Below are positions 53,108 to 64,000 of a stretch of DNA of 64,000 nucleotides, in pieces. The stretch lies in the NCBI GenBank assembly GCA_964106915.2, contig OZ066916.1, one strand, 5' to 3'. Origin of the DNA: Podarcis gaigeae. Taxonomy: Eukaryota. The position numbers and the translations under genes were made by a program. The notes beneath the pieces are model-generated. The model saw only the letters and a program-made list of their open reading frames with translations, did not search any database and was not told where the DNA came from. Numbering within the stretch: the first letter of the stretch is position 1; each line of letters starts with the position of its first letter.

Positions 53108-56100
53108 GTAATGCTTCTGAATACCATTTTCTGGAAACCATGGTTGGGGCAAAAAGTGTGCCTGTGCTCAGATCCTGCTTGCTGGTTTTCTACAGGCATT
53201 TGGTTAGCCACTGTGAGAACAGGATGGTGGACTAGATAGGCAATTTGGCCTGCCCAACTCTTCTTACATTCTTAGTCTTACAGCAAAATCAGGAAAGAGT
53301 ATTGGGACTCCTTAATGATTTTCTTAGTGTATGGTTCTGAGTTCCAGAGCACACCGCATCAAATGAATGAAGTGTTGACCTTGGCAGAAGTATATATAAG
53401 TACAAAGGAACAAATTGTGAACTGTGAGGCCACGCTCTGTGACATACCTACACAATGCCTTTACGAAACATGAAAAACAGACATTTCTGCCCCACCTGTT
53501 GTAGATGTTTGATAGGAAGCAGGCATCAAACTGGCAGAGAGTAGTAGAAGATGGCATAAATCAGGGGCTGAGCAGAGCTTGAAAGGAAACTGAAATGTCA
53601 CGGCAAACTTATTATTTGCAAAACTAAAGCACGACATTTCCAACTAATTCATTTTGACAGATGATCTGCCAACACCTATAACAAAATGTGATTAAGTGGA
53701 TGTGCTTTGGGAAATGAATATTAAGAGATTTCCTCCACCATCTCCACATTACGATGACAATGAAGCAGGTAATTCATTAAGAAGAAAGCTTGTCGTTTTC
53801 TACTGACAGATTGCTTTTATCCTACAAGCAAAAAAGAAGAAATGGACAAAAAGCACAGGTCATCTACTTACTCTTTCAGGCTAACATGGAAAATAGAACT
53901 TCCCTGCGCTGATTTCTCTATTCTCCAGAGGCCATTCTCCTGTGGTTGCAATGTTTTTGCTACTCCTTCTGAATCTATCACTTAATTCTTGGGAATTTGG
54001 CAGGTGTGCTTCTTTGTTCTTTAGAATTCAGCTCTGTTCTGAACTGGCTATGGCGGCTTATTTTTTCCTGTTTCTCAGGGAGCTTCTGGAGATAGGCATA
54101 TCACCTGTAGTAGAGAAATTTGCTGAGATGACATCAACCCCTTTAAAGATCTGATACGGTTTCTCAGAACACATAGCCACTAATATTAGGCATGGGCTGC
54201 ACATTCCATCCTGTGAAGGAATTGAACTGCAGTTGTGTGCCGCTGGTCAATACGTCTCGCTGCATCTGGCAAGGGGATGTAAATGCTTCTGCTTTGTCCA
54301 TGTGGGGATTATGGGGTTAACTAGCTATGCCCTGAGGCAGCAAAACCCCATTGCATATGTGCAGAATGGCACACCTGTCTCTCATGACAGGAAATTTTAA
54401 AGTTCTAAACTTACTTGAGCTGGTATCCAAAGGGGAAGAACACAAGATTGATGAGGAAAGTCTTTTAAAACAGATAGACAACCACGAGGTGGGCAGATGT
54501 AGGAGATCCCAAGTGATATTAATAAGTTTTGGGAAGCCTGGGAGCAAGACTCCAATGATCAAAAGGCTTGCTTACAAGCATGAAAAACCCTGCTAAGAGC
54601 CTGGCGAGTTAGGGAATATTCTGGACTAGGGATAGGGGATTGAATATTTCCAATTTTGATTTGCTTTTGCTTCAATGAAATATGTTGGGTTTCAGGAATG
54701 TGAGGGCATCAGATTTCTTTCTCTGTAACATTCACTTGTCATATATTATTTTTCCTTTGTAAACTCATTTCTTTTTCATAAGCCCTGTGTGGCCTCAGCT
54801 CAAGGCCTATATAACTTTAGCCTTATGCTATCCAAGGAGGTTTCAGAGGGAAACCCTAGGGAAGTTAAATAAGAGGCAGGCTGGTAAATAATTGATCTCT
54901 TATCTGGTCTCTGCAAGTGCATTTAATGGGAAGGATACAAAAGAGGGGCACCCATTGTTGTGGCCAATCCTCCTTTCCCCAGGTGGCACAGGACCCAGGG
55001 AGCTGGGATATGGCCATTATACATTCACTGCGGGAATCAGCATACCTGTGCAAAGTCTCCCACACCATGCTGTAAGTTTTTCCATATCTGCTCTGTGCTG
55101 CTGCTGACATAACCAAGAAAATCACTCAGTGATGACCATGAACTACAGAGTGAGTGAAGGAAAATTCCCATTTGCCATGAGGATGCTGATCCCTGTGGCA
55201 GATGTTATATATAGCTCAAGTCTGACGTGTATGCATGCCTAATTATGACTAAGCCCTTGTCAAATGTGCGCTGGTCTATGTGGTCAAAAGTCCCAGAATG
55301 CCAGAAGCTACTGCTGGAGTATTTGGGGCCAGATTCAACTAAATTGTACTGCTAGAGGAGGCCTTCCTCTCGCTCTTGCCCCACACACTCCCTTCACCCT
55401 CTCCAAATCTAGAGGGTCAAGAGAAGCCCCCAAACAGTGTGTAAAGAGAGGAAAATGGAGATTGTTATATCTGGCAAGCAGAAATGCTTGCACTGATTGA
55501 ATTATCACCTTTGTGTGATGCTGAATTCCACCCTTCATTGTGAATCTGAGTTTTGGGGACTGTCTCCCATCTAGAACTCATTGTTACAGTAACTTAGGAC
55601 ACTGAAACAGTGTCCCCCAATTAAAGACAATTAAGTCTCACAAACTGGGATGATGGCTAAATTACTGAGATTATTGGTGGTGATGAGAATTCCAGGAAGA
55701 AGATGAATGGGTTTCAGATGGTTATTTTATTATTTTTAGTTTTAAAATATACTATGCTTTCTATAACAAAATGGTGTTTATGCCCAAGTGAGTGTGTTTA
55801 GAATCAGGGCAGCAGAAGCAGACTCCATTTTGTTCCAGTAACCATAATGGTGCAATGAATTATGTGAGTTCAAAATATGAAACTGCAAATCCCTGTGGGA
55901 TTTTTGGTTGTGGTGGGGAAAATGTTGGTAAACTGTTCATCTTTTGCTCTTAACGTATCAGGATTATAGAAGCAACTGTAGAGCATGGAAGGTGGTAATG
56001 GGAAATTAGAAATTAACTATGTTTCTACCTGGAAGATCATTAAGTCTAAAATTATCTTAGCTGTGCCACTCCCTGTATTATTTTTGTCAGCCAGAATAGC

Positions 56101-57983
56101 CTTTGCAACCACAGACATTTGGACGTCATTGTCATCCTAGCATGTGCACCAGATCCAATAGACTGTAGCACATGCTTGTCCCTTTTAAGATCATAGGAAT
56201 CTGCCTAATACTGAGTCAGACTGGCATCTCTCCTAGCCCTACCTGCAGTTACCTGGGATTGAACCTGGGACCTTGACATCCAAAGCAGATGCTCTACCAA
56301 TGGGCCCTGGCTCTTCAACAAGCACCTGGCCACCTATTCTTTTCTTTTCTATTCTTAATTGCATTTAGTGTACAAGCCTGGTCTTTCCCTAACTAATACC
56401 TCATTGCAGCCCACTCCATTATTCCCCAAGAAGTGTGACAAGATCTGCCAAGTTTTATGCTAGAGCAGAAGATGCCTGGATTGCTTATACTCCTTTTCCT
56501 GCTTTTTTCGCACTGCACAAACCAGTCTTGATTTATCCTCCTCTGCCTTTAAAGAGCTTTCCCTCTCTCTTCTTTCATTTTGAAGCTACAGTATATTGGT
56601 TTTATATTCCCACATGGCTTACCAGATTAAGCAGCAGAAGGTGTAAAATGAGGCAACCTAGATTTGTTTTATCTTGTGAGATTTCTCAAAGACATTGTTT
56701 AAAGCCAAGCAGTATATACACTGCAGTTCAATGATAAAAGTTCTTCTGGAGCTCTGGTTTTTTCAGGAGAAGCCATGAAAATCATTCCAGCAAGAAAATA
56801 AAAAATTCAAGTGCATCCAAAGAGGAAGAAATAAAATCAATCTGCAAAAGGCAGAACACCCATCACCAAAATATACTAAGCACCATTCAGTATTTTTCCC
56901 TTGATTTCCCAGAAATCATATTCAACCTTATTTAAAGGTTGGTGGGAAATACTTGTGGCTTCTCCATTAATTTCAAACTATAAAAGCAAAAAGGCTTCCC
57001 CTGCTACTTTCCAGATGACTCTGGGGCTATGTCTCAAATATAAACAGATAGTTGTTAATCTATCCAAAATATTTTAAGTGAACTTTTAAGAAACTCTTCA
57101 CCCTTTCTTCTGTAACTAAACTGAGATAACTACATAGTTTTATCAAACCTTGTACAGTATTGTATTAATTTATTTTTAAAACTATGGATAGTGTGTTCAC
57201 TATAGGGTGTTGTGCTGTGCTAAATTTCATTCATACCACTGACCATGATGACACAACAGCAGATCATCAGACATGTAACCACACCACCCTTTATGTATTT
57301 CTGTGCCTTTGTTCCTCTATAAATCACCCATGAAAACGGAGGGAAAGAATAATAAGCCACAATACCACCCCAGGGCATTAGCCCAAATCAGACATATACA
57401 TCTGGTGCAAACAAAAAAGCATGATAAACTGTGTGCTGAAAGGAAGGAAGGGTGGGACGTAATTTGAAAAAAGAAATGCATAAATAAATCATAGAACTTT
57501 TTGAATCTATATGAATACCTGGAAGTAGTCATGTTTTGTCTGTTCCAAGCAATGGCCACTGCCATATTGAGGTTTTGGCCCAAGCTTGAAGCTAAGGCAA
57601 AAATTTTAGTTTCAGTAGAGCAGACCACAGTGAGGCAAAATAGGATGAGGTCCATGTGAAGCAAGAATTTGGGATTCAGACAGCACCATGGACAGCTCCA
57701 CATTGCACTCAGGCTGCAGACGAAGATCAAGATTGAAAGGTGGCTTCAGCAATTGGCAATCCCAGACTGAAACTCAAATGGATGGACATTTCCATGTGGG
57801 TGGCTGTCTCTGCCTTCAGTGGGAGAAATCTCTTCAATTATAGGGGCCTAGGCTGCTTTATCAGCTGTTAAATCCAGTAGTACTGGGGAGATTGTAGTTC
57901 TTCTGGAGCTTCTAGGCTGAAGTCCTTGGAGTCAGAGCAAGGGAAATGCAACTTCCTCAAACTGGAGTGGTGCTGGCACAGTA

Positions 57984-58209
57984 CAGTGGTACCTCCGGCT
58001 AAGAACTTAATTCATGCCGGAGGTCTGTTCTTAACCTGAAACTGTTATTAACCTGAGGTACCATTTTAGGTAATGGGGCCTCCCACTGCTGCTGCGCCAT
58101 CGTCGTGCGATTTCTGTTCTCATCCTGAAGCAAAGTTCTTAACCCAAGGTACTATTTCTGGGTTAGTGGAGTCTGTAACCTGAAGCGTCTATAACCCGAG
58201 GTACCATTG
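57984..58209. mobile_element. Tc1/mariner (Tigger-like) MITE
   Basis: TIRs CAGTGGTACCTC / GAGGTACCATTG; TA TSD on both sides; second copy at 60610. Confidence 0.87.
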
Positions 58210-58446
58210 TAGTCTCTTCTTGTGGTAGTGCTTCTGAGGTTGGAGGGGCATACTGGGCTACCTCTGAGGGCAATTTCCTCTCCTATTCTGATATCTCAGC
58301 CTCAGCCCCTGAAGATGGAGGGTTGGACCCTGAGGGGTCATGACAAAGACTCACAGAGTTGTAGGGTTGTAAGGGATCCTAAGGGTCATCTAGTCCAAAC
58401 CACTGCAATGCAGAAATAACAGTTAAGGTGCACTAATACGAATAGT

Positions 58447-58777
58447 AAAGGTAAAGGGACCCCTGACCCCCATTAGGTCCAGTCGTGACCGACTCTTTGG
58501 CTGCGGTGCTCATCTCGCTTTATTGGCCGAGGGAGCCGGCGTACAGCTTCCGGGTCATGTGGCCAGCATAACTAAGCCGCTTCTGGCAAACCAGAGCAGT
58601 GCACGGAAATGCTGTTTATCTTCCCACCAGAGCGGGAACTCTGACGTGCTTTCGAACTGCTAGGTTGGCAGGAGCAGGGACTGAGCAACGGGAGCTCACC
58701 CCATTGCGGGGATTCGAACCGCCAACCTTCTGATCAGCAAGTCCTAGGCTCTTAACCCACAGCACCACCCGTGTCCC
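58447..58777 (-). mobile_element. Sauria SINE
   Basis: AAAGGTAAAGGGACCCCTG...GGGATTCGAACC...GTGTCCC; imperfect TSD containing CGAATAGTA. Confidence 0.88.
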
Positions 58778-60609
58778 TCAATTCGAATAGTACTTACTTC
58801 CAAGTCAATGTGTTTAGAATCACAGCCCTAATTACTGGTACTTTCATGCCGCAGAACTTAACCAGACAATTTATTGGCTCTTCCAGAGATAATGTTTTGC
58901 CAACAAATGTTATACATCTTGAGAGCTGATTCAGTCAGCTTCTCTCTGACAGGCATTGTCAAAGAAGTTCTTGTGTAATCAACGGGGGGGGGGGGGAGCC
59001 TCCTCTCCATTGGCCTGTTTACTTTCTAAAACAAAATTCAAATCTCTGAGGTAATAGCACACTTGAAAAATGAAACATATCTGATATCCCAGGGCTGCTT
59101 TAATAACTATAACCTTGGATGCACTTTTCCTCACGTTGCATTGAGTGTGCGAAGGAATGGGATTGTGTGTGCTATCTGCAGCTCAGTATGGGAGGTTCTT
59201 TCCATGTGATGAAGGACCCTGGAAAATCAGGGTTGTATGTACATGAAACAAAGAGTACACTGAACACTGAAAAATATAGGGCTGGATTCAGTTACCTGGC
59301 CTGCTTGTAGAAGCGAGTGCAAGGACTCCCTCTAGTGTAGTGGAGCTTTCCCCACCCTCTCCTCCTTCCATGACCCTCTGCACCCCGCCCAGATCTGCTC
59401 TGGAGGGTCAGGAGAATTCTTAGCACAGGGCACAAGGGGAGGAGAGAGGATTATGTTTCATCTGGCAAGCAGAAATGCTTGTACTGATGGAACGATTTCC
59501 TTAGCTCTACTTGTAGATTTATCTGTTTCATTCCATTTATGAATCTCTTCCTACAAAACACCTGAAAACAGTTTAACAATAAAAACGCCAACAATACAAA
59601 CATATATGAAACAATTTCATAGGTAAAGCAATTTCAAACCCAGTGCAGTTGCAGACTGGGATACAAATCTCCACTTAAAAGACTTATTGGAAAAGGTATG
59701 CCTTCAATATTTATAAAACACTTTTCACCACTGATGATTACAAAGCTATTTACAAAACACACAATACAACATCAGTCAAGTATTATGATGTTTAAGATAA
59801 TAAAAAACACAGGTAAAAACATAAAATTGCCATCATAAGCACTGGGATAAAATAGAGACTGTGTCTGTTTGCTACGTAACAAAAGCAAGTTCCAAGGGAT
59901 AGTTGCCAACCACATTAAGTGCTCGATTGCTGCATTGTAGAGAACAAACTTCCTGATGAGATGTTATCTTCAGGAGGGGGTCTCATGCCAAGTATGGTGA
60001 TTTGTAGGGTATATTAGATATCATGGTCCAAAGCTGTATAGGGTCTTGCATACCATGTCTGTGTTCATGTCATGTTTACCCCCAGTCTGCAAACCAGGCT
60101 AAAAATTTTAAAAACGTCTTTAATTTTTCTTTTTACCCCAGTGGAATGAGGCATGGAAACCACTCTCTGCCCTCCTGCAGTAATTGTTTCTTTCCTAAGC
60201 CAGGGTGAGAAGCTTCAGTCTACCCCTAATAAGGAGCCAAGCCTCATTCTTGTGCTAAACATAAAGGTTTATCTTTGCCAAAGAGAAAAAAAGACACCCC
60301 AAATGTGGTTCCACTAATATTTTCATTGCAGTTTGATCCTTTTTTACGAACACAGTGAGGAAAAGATCTGCTTTTGAGAGAGATCCTTCTAGAAAAGTTT
60401 TTAAAAACCCCCACAAAAAAACCCTAACTAACCAGTGAACAAAATATCAGATCCCACTATTGGCTTCTCAGCTAAGTTCCTATTTTAAGACAGAGAGAGA
60501 CAGAGAGACTTTTTAATAATAAAAAAACCACTCTGAGGAAAACAAAAATCAACTTAGATTGCCACTGATGAAATATTTTATCACAATGTAGGTAGCTAGT
60601 TACCTTATA

Positions 60610-60818
60610 CAGTGGTACCTTGGGTTAAGTACTTAATTCGTTCTGGAGGTCCGTTCTTAACCTGAAACTGTTCTTAACCTGAAGCACCACTTTAGCTAAT
60701 AGAGCTTCTGCTGCTGCCATGCCACAGCTGCATGATTTCTGTTCTCATCCTGAAGCAAAGTTCTTAACCCGAGGTACTATTTCTGGGTTAATGGAGTCTG
60801 TAACCCAAGGTACCACTG
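60610..60818. mobile_element. Tc1/mariner (Tigger-like) MITE nested in a tRNA-SINE
   Basis: TIRs CAGTGGTACCTTGGGTTA / TAACCCAAGGTACCACTG; TA TSD. Confidence 0.88.
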
Positions 60819-62665
60819 TATTCAGTCAGGCTAATTGTTGGTCTAGCTCAGTACTGCCCTACCTGACTGGGTGCAGCTCTCCATGATTTCAGACAGGGGA
60901 TTTTCCCAGCCCTTCCTGGAGATGCAAAGAGTTGACCTGGGATGTTTTGTGTGCAAAACAAACACTCTACAACTGAGCCGCAATCCTTCCCCTGTTAGCA
61001 CCCCTCTCCATGGTGCTACAACAACTCTCCATTGTGGCTATGCAGATGAACCGTCTCCCAAGCACCTGGGTGCAAACACATGTGACTTCCTCTTACCCAC
61101 CCAGCTTGAGAGTATCCTTGATATATTAATAAAGCCACTGCACTGTGACAAGAAAAGCGAGTCGTCTCAAGACTCGCACACTTTACATTACAAAGGCGCC
61201 TCCAAATTTGTCCATTTAAAAATAAATAAAATTGGTTTAGAAAAATGTTAAACCATTTAGTCAAAGCACCTCTAAGCATGGTACACAATATAATATAAAA
61301 TAGTACTACACATGAAAATCAGAAAAAGTTTTCAACAAGTATTTGAAAATAGTGAACATTTTTACCGACTGCTCCGATAGGTACCCTACTGTGATGCTAT
61401 TTTTTTGTTTTCCCAATAATAATTTATAATAATAATTTATTATTTATACCCCACCCATGTGGCTGGGTTCCCCCAGCCACTCCCAAAGCTACCCCCCCCC
61501 AAAAAAAATTGGCCCTTGCAATCTGGCTATCCCTACTTTTTTATACTTTGGTGACACCCACTTTCTTACTTTGGTCATGCCTACTTTTACACTTCAGACA
61601 CATCCACAATTATACATCATCTCTGGAGGGATAATCATGAGTCAACGTGGCCCTCAACCCCAAAAATGTTAGCTACCCCTGCTTTACAAGCTTGTTTCAG
61701 TTTGAGCTTGAGGTGGAATTTCATTTAATGCAAGCCATTTTGTTCCTTTCTAGCCTTTATGTTAATATTGGTAAGGTTGGGTTCTTTGCTTCTAATATAT
61801 CAGACATAATACATTCCCTGGTGGTGCATTTTTTTCACATTTACCATGCAATCCTATGCATGTCTACTCAGAAGTCTTCCCACTGAATTCAACAGGACGT
61901 ACTCCCAAGTAAATATACAGAAGTTTGCAGCCCTTTAAAGATTAATAGGCTACTGTTATCAGCTGTTTGAGGCTATTTTTCAAAGAACCAATCCAGCTTC
62001 TACATAGACCCTGAATTTCAAAGACATTTAATTTTATCTGAAGAGTGTGCCTGATTCTATCCCATCTGTACAGCAGACTGGGAACTCAGCCAAGAAGCAT
62101 GAGCTATCCTGCACTTTCTGAACTGTATGTTATGAATGCAAGAGAGCTTGCAGAGAAACCCATAAACAGAGTTGTTCCAGCATTTATTAGTATATGCAGA
62201 ACATTTTCCTGTCCAGGAGAAACAAATGTTGTTCAGAATGGAAAATCAGACTAAACATAGACATGACAGCATGCCAGATCAGCCAGTTTACTGAGCAATC
62301 AGGTAAGGTGTGAGTAATTCTGGAAATGCGTTATATATTGCATGGAGATGTCCTTCTGTCATTCTTTCTAATGTAGCACTTGGTAGTCATGTGCCTGTTA
62401 AATGGACAGTGAAACAGAGCCACTCCAAGACAAGGCGGTGGTTTCCAAATACTTAGAAAAGTATGCCAAAAAAAATAGTTCTTTTAAGTTCTTTAAGGTA
62501 AGGGGAGGAACCAAATCAGTCAATGAGGGCTGAGTATGCTCACTATGCTTCAGGGAACACATTATGACGAGCAGTTACAGATAGGTAGCCGTGTTGGTCT
62601 GCCATAGTCAAAACAAAAAAAATTCCTTCCAGTAGCACCTTAAAGACCAACTAAGTTAGTTCTTG

Positions 62666-62703
62666 GTATGAGCTTTCGTGTGCATGCACACTTCTTCAGA
62701 TAC
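62666..62703 (-). ncRNA. Minimal type I hammerhead ribozyme motif
   Basis: Exact reverse complement of 63256-63293. Confidence 0.85.
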
Positions 62704-62883
62704 ACTGAAACAGAAGTTACCAGACCCTTCTATATAGTGAGAAGGTGGGGAGGGGTATTACTCAGAAGGGTGGTGGGAATGGGTGATTGGCAGATAGCTG
62801 TGATGAGCCTGTTGACGACTCTTAACGACTGCAATAGGTCTTACAGGAAAAAGCAAGGGGTGAGAAGGTGAAAAATGGCTTTG

Positions 62884-63018
62884 TCATGTATAATGAGATA
62901 AGAATCCAATGTCTTTGTTCAGACCAGGTCTCTCCATGGTTTTAAGTTTGGTAATAAGTTGCAATTCAGCAGCTTCTCTTTCCAGTCTATTTCTGAAATT
63001 CCTTTGTAGTAAAACAGC
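62884..63018 (-). pseudogene. C-terminal 44 aa of a PLE GIY-YIG endonuclease (AVLLQRNFRNRLEREAAELQLITKLKTMERPGLNKDIGFLSHYT*)
   Basis: Manual translation; R-x3-E...I...GLN pattern typical of the C-terminal part of Penelope GIY-YIG domains; stop codon at 62884-62886. Confidence 0.8.
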
Positions 63019-63168
63019 TACATGGAGAGACCTGGTCTGAACAAAGACATTGGATTCTTATCTCATTATACATGACAAAGCCATTTTTCACCTTCTCACC
63101 CCTTGCTTTTTCCTGTAAGACCTATTGCAGTCGTTAAGAGTCGTCAACAGGCTCATCACAGCTATCTG

Positions 63169-63255
63169 CCAATCACCCATTCCCACCACCCTTCTGAGTA
63201 ATACCCCTCCCCACCTTCTCACTATATAGAAGGGTCTGGTAACTTCTGTTTCAGT
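63169..63255 (+). promoter_or_regulatory. PLE pLTR Pol II promoter (CCAAT, TATA-like box, Inr); mirror copy on the minus strand at 62704-62790
   Basis: CCAAT 63169-63173; TATATAGA 63223-63230; Inr-like TCAGT 63251-63255 with its A exactly 30 nt after the TATA start. Confidence 0.65.
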
Positions 63256-63293
63256 GTATCTGAAGAAGTGTGCATGCACACGAAAGCTCATAC
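63256..63293 (+). ncRNA. Minimal type I hammerhead ribozyme motif (sense to GRM1)
   Basis: GUAU-CUGAAGA-A-GUGUG(CAUG)CACAC-GAAA-GC-UC/AUAC: stem I GUAU/AUAC, core CUGANGA and GAAA, palindromic AGCU in place of stem III, predicted cleavage after C63289. Confidence 0.85.
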
Positions 63294-63429
63294 CAAGAAC
63301 TAACTTAGTTGGTCTTTAAGGTGCTACTGGAAGGAATTTTTTTTTGTTTTGATTATGATGAGCCTTAGCCAGTATGATGAAAGGGAGGAAGAAAAAGAGG
63401 GTATGGAAATTTGACTTTGATTGAACCAG

Positions 63430-63580
63430 GAATTGGAAATCCACTCCAGTATTTTGCCAAGAAAACTCCATGGACACAAAAAAGGAGAAGCTTTGAGAAA
63501 AAAGTGTGAGTTTCCAAGGCATGCTCTGGTCCATGGCGTCACGGAGAGTCGAACACAACTAAGATGACTAAACAGCAACA
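63430..63580 (+). mobile_element. RTE/BovB-type 3' fragment
   Basis: CCACTCCAGTATTTTGCCAAGAAAACTCCATGGAC...GTCCATGGCGTCACGGAGAGTCG resembles the BovB/Bov-A 3' end. Confidence 0.6.
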
Positions 63581-64000
63581 CCACCACCTTGGTGCCCTCC
63601 AGATGTGTTGGACTACAATTCCCATCAACCCCAGCTAGCATGACCAACAGCCAGGGGTGATGGGAGCTGTAATCCAAATCAGCAGCAGGGCACCAGCTTG
63701 CGGAAATCTGACATTTGGTATCATGTGGGCCAGGGGATGAGGGTCAGGGAATGTGAGAGTCAGGAACTGTTGCCAAGGAAGTCTTAAACTCCTCTTAGAA
63801 CTCTCTGCTTCATGTTTCTTGATTTCACCTGGCAGAAGGATGCCAGTTCACCTCTCCACCCCTCACAATTAATCAGAAGCAAGACATGATGTGCTTGCTC
63901 TTGACTGACTGTCGGCCCTAGTGGATTGGTGTCCCAATGCATAACTAATAAATTACCATTGGGCTTGCTTGTTTGGCTTTAAAAACAGATGCAGTCAAAT

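Larger units (their letters stand above)
62573..63351. mobile_element. Young 5'-truncated Penelope-like retroelement with inverted pseudo-LTR arrangement
   Basis: Inverted arms 62608-62938 and 63021-63352; GIY-YIG C-terminus on the minus strand; hammerhead motif in each arm; 35-nt tail on one arm only; TSD ATTATGACGAGC (62561-62572) / ATTATGATGAGC (63352-63363). Confidence 0.9.

Noticed and set aside
62668-63291. Two identical 67-aa ORFs on opposite strands (62668-62871 +, 63088-63291 -)
   Set aside because: They are a by-product of the inverted repeat and run antisense to the PLE's 3' non-coding region; there is no evidence of a real protein.

Overview
Vertebrate genomic DNA, most likely a lacertid-type lizard (inferred from the Sauria/Squam-type SINEs). 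It contains the head-to-head SHPRH-GRM1 locus. SHPRH lies on the minus strand: CpG-island promoter at about 21.2 kb, then 14 coding exons from 18375 down to 138 that splice in frame (3213 nt, 1071 codons; the gene continues past the window start). One SHPRH intron has a GC donor and a NAGNAG acceptor. GRM1 (mGluR1) lies on the plus strand: promoter region at about 34.8-35.9 kb with an RE1/NRSE and an RFX X-box, and a 700-nt first coding exon at 36791-37490. The rest of the window is GRM1 intron filled with SINEs, MITEs and LINE fragments. The most notable signal is in this intron: four identical 38-nt minimal type I hammerhead ribozyme motifs of a young Penelope-like element (PLE) family. Two sit in a 779-bp TSD-flanked insertion (62573-63351) that forms a 331-bp near-perfect inverted repeat and carries the C-terminus of a GIY-YIG endonuclease plus a CCAAT/TATA/Inr promoter directly in front of each ribozyme. 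The other two sit 186 nt apart in a 319-bp non-coding, TSD-flanked, retrozyme-like element (49122-49440) that could fold as a dimeric hammerhead and release a 186-nt RNA. PLE-associated minimal hammerheads are a known class; their activity here is untested inference.
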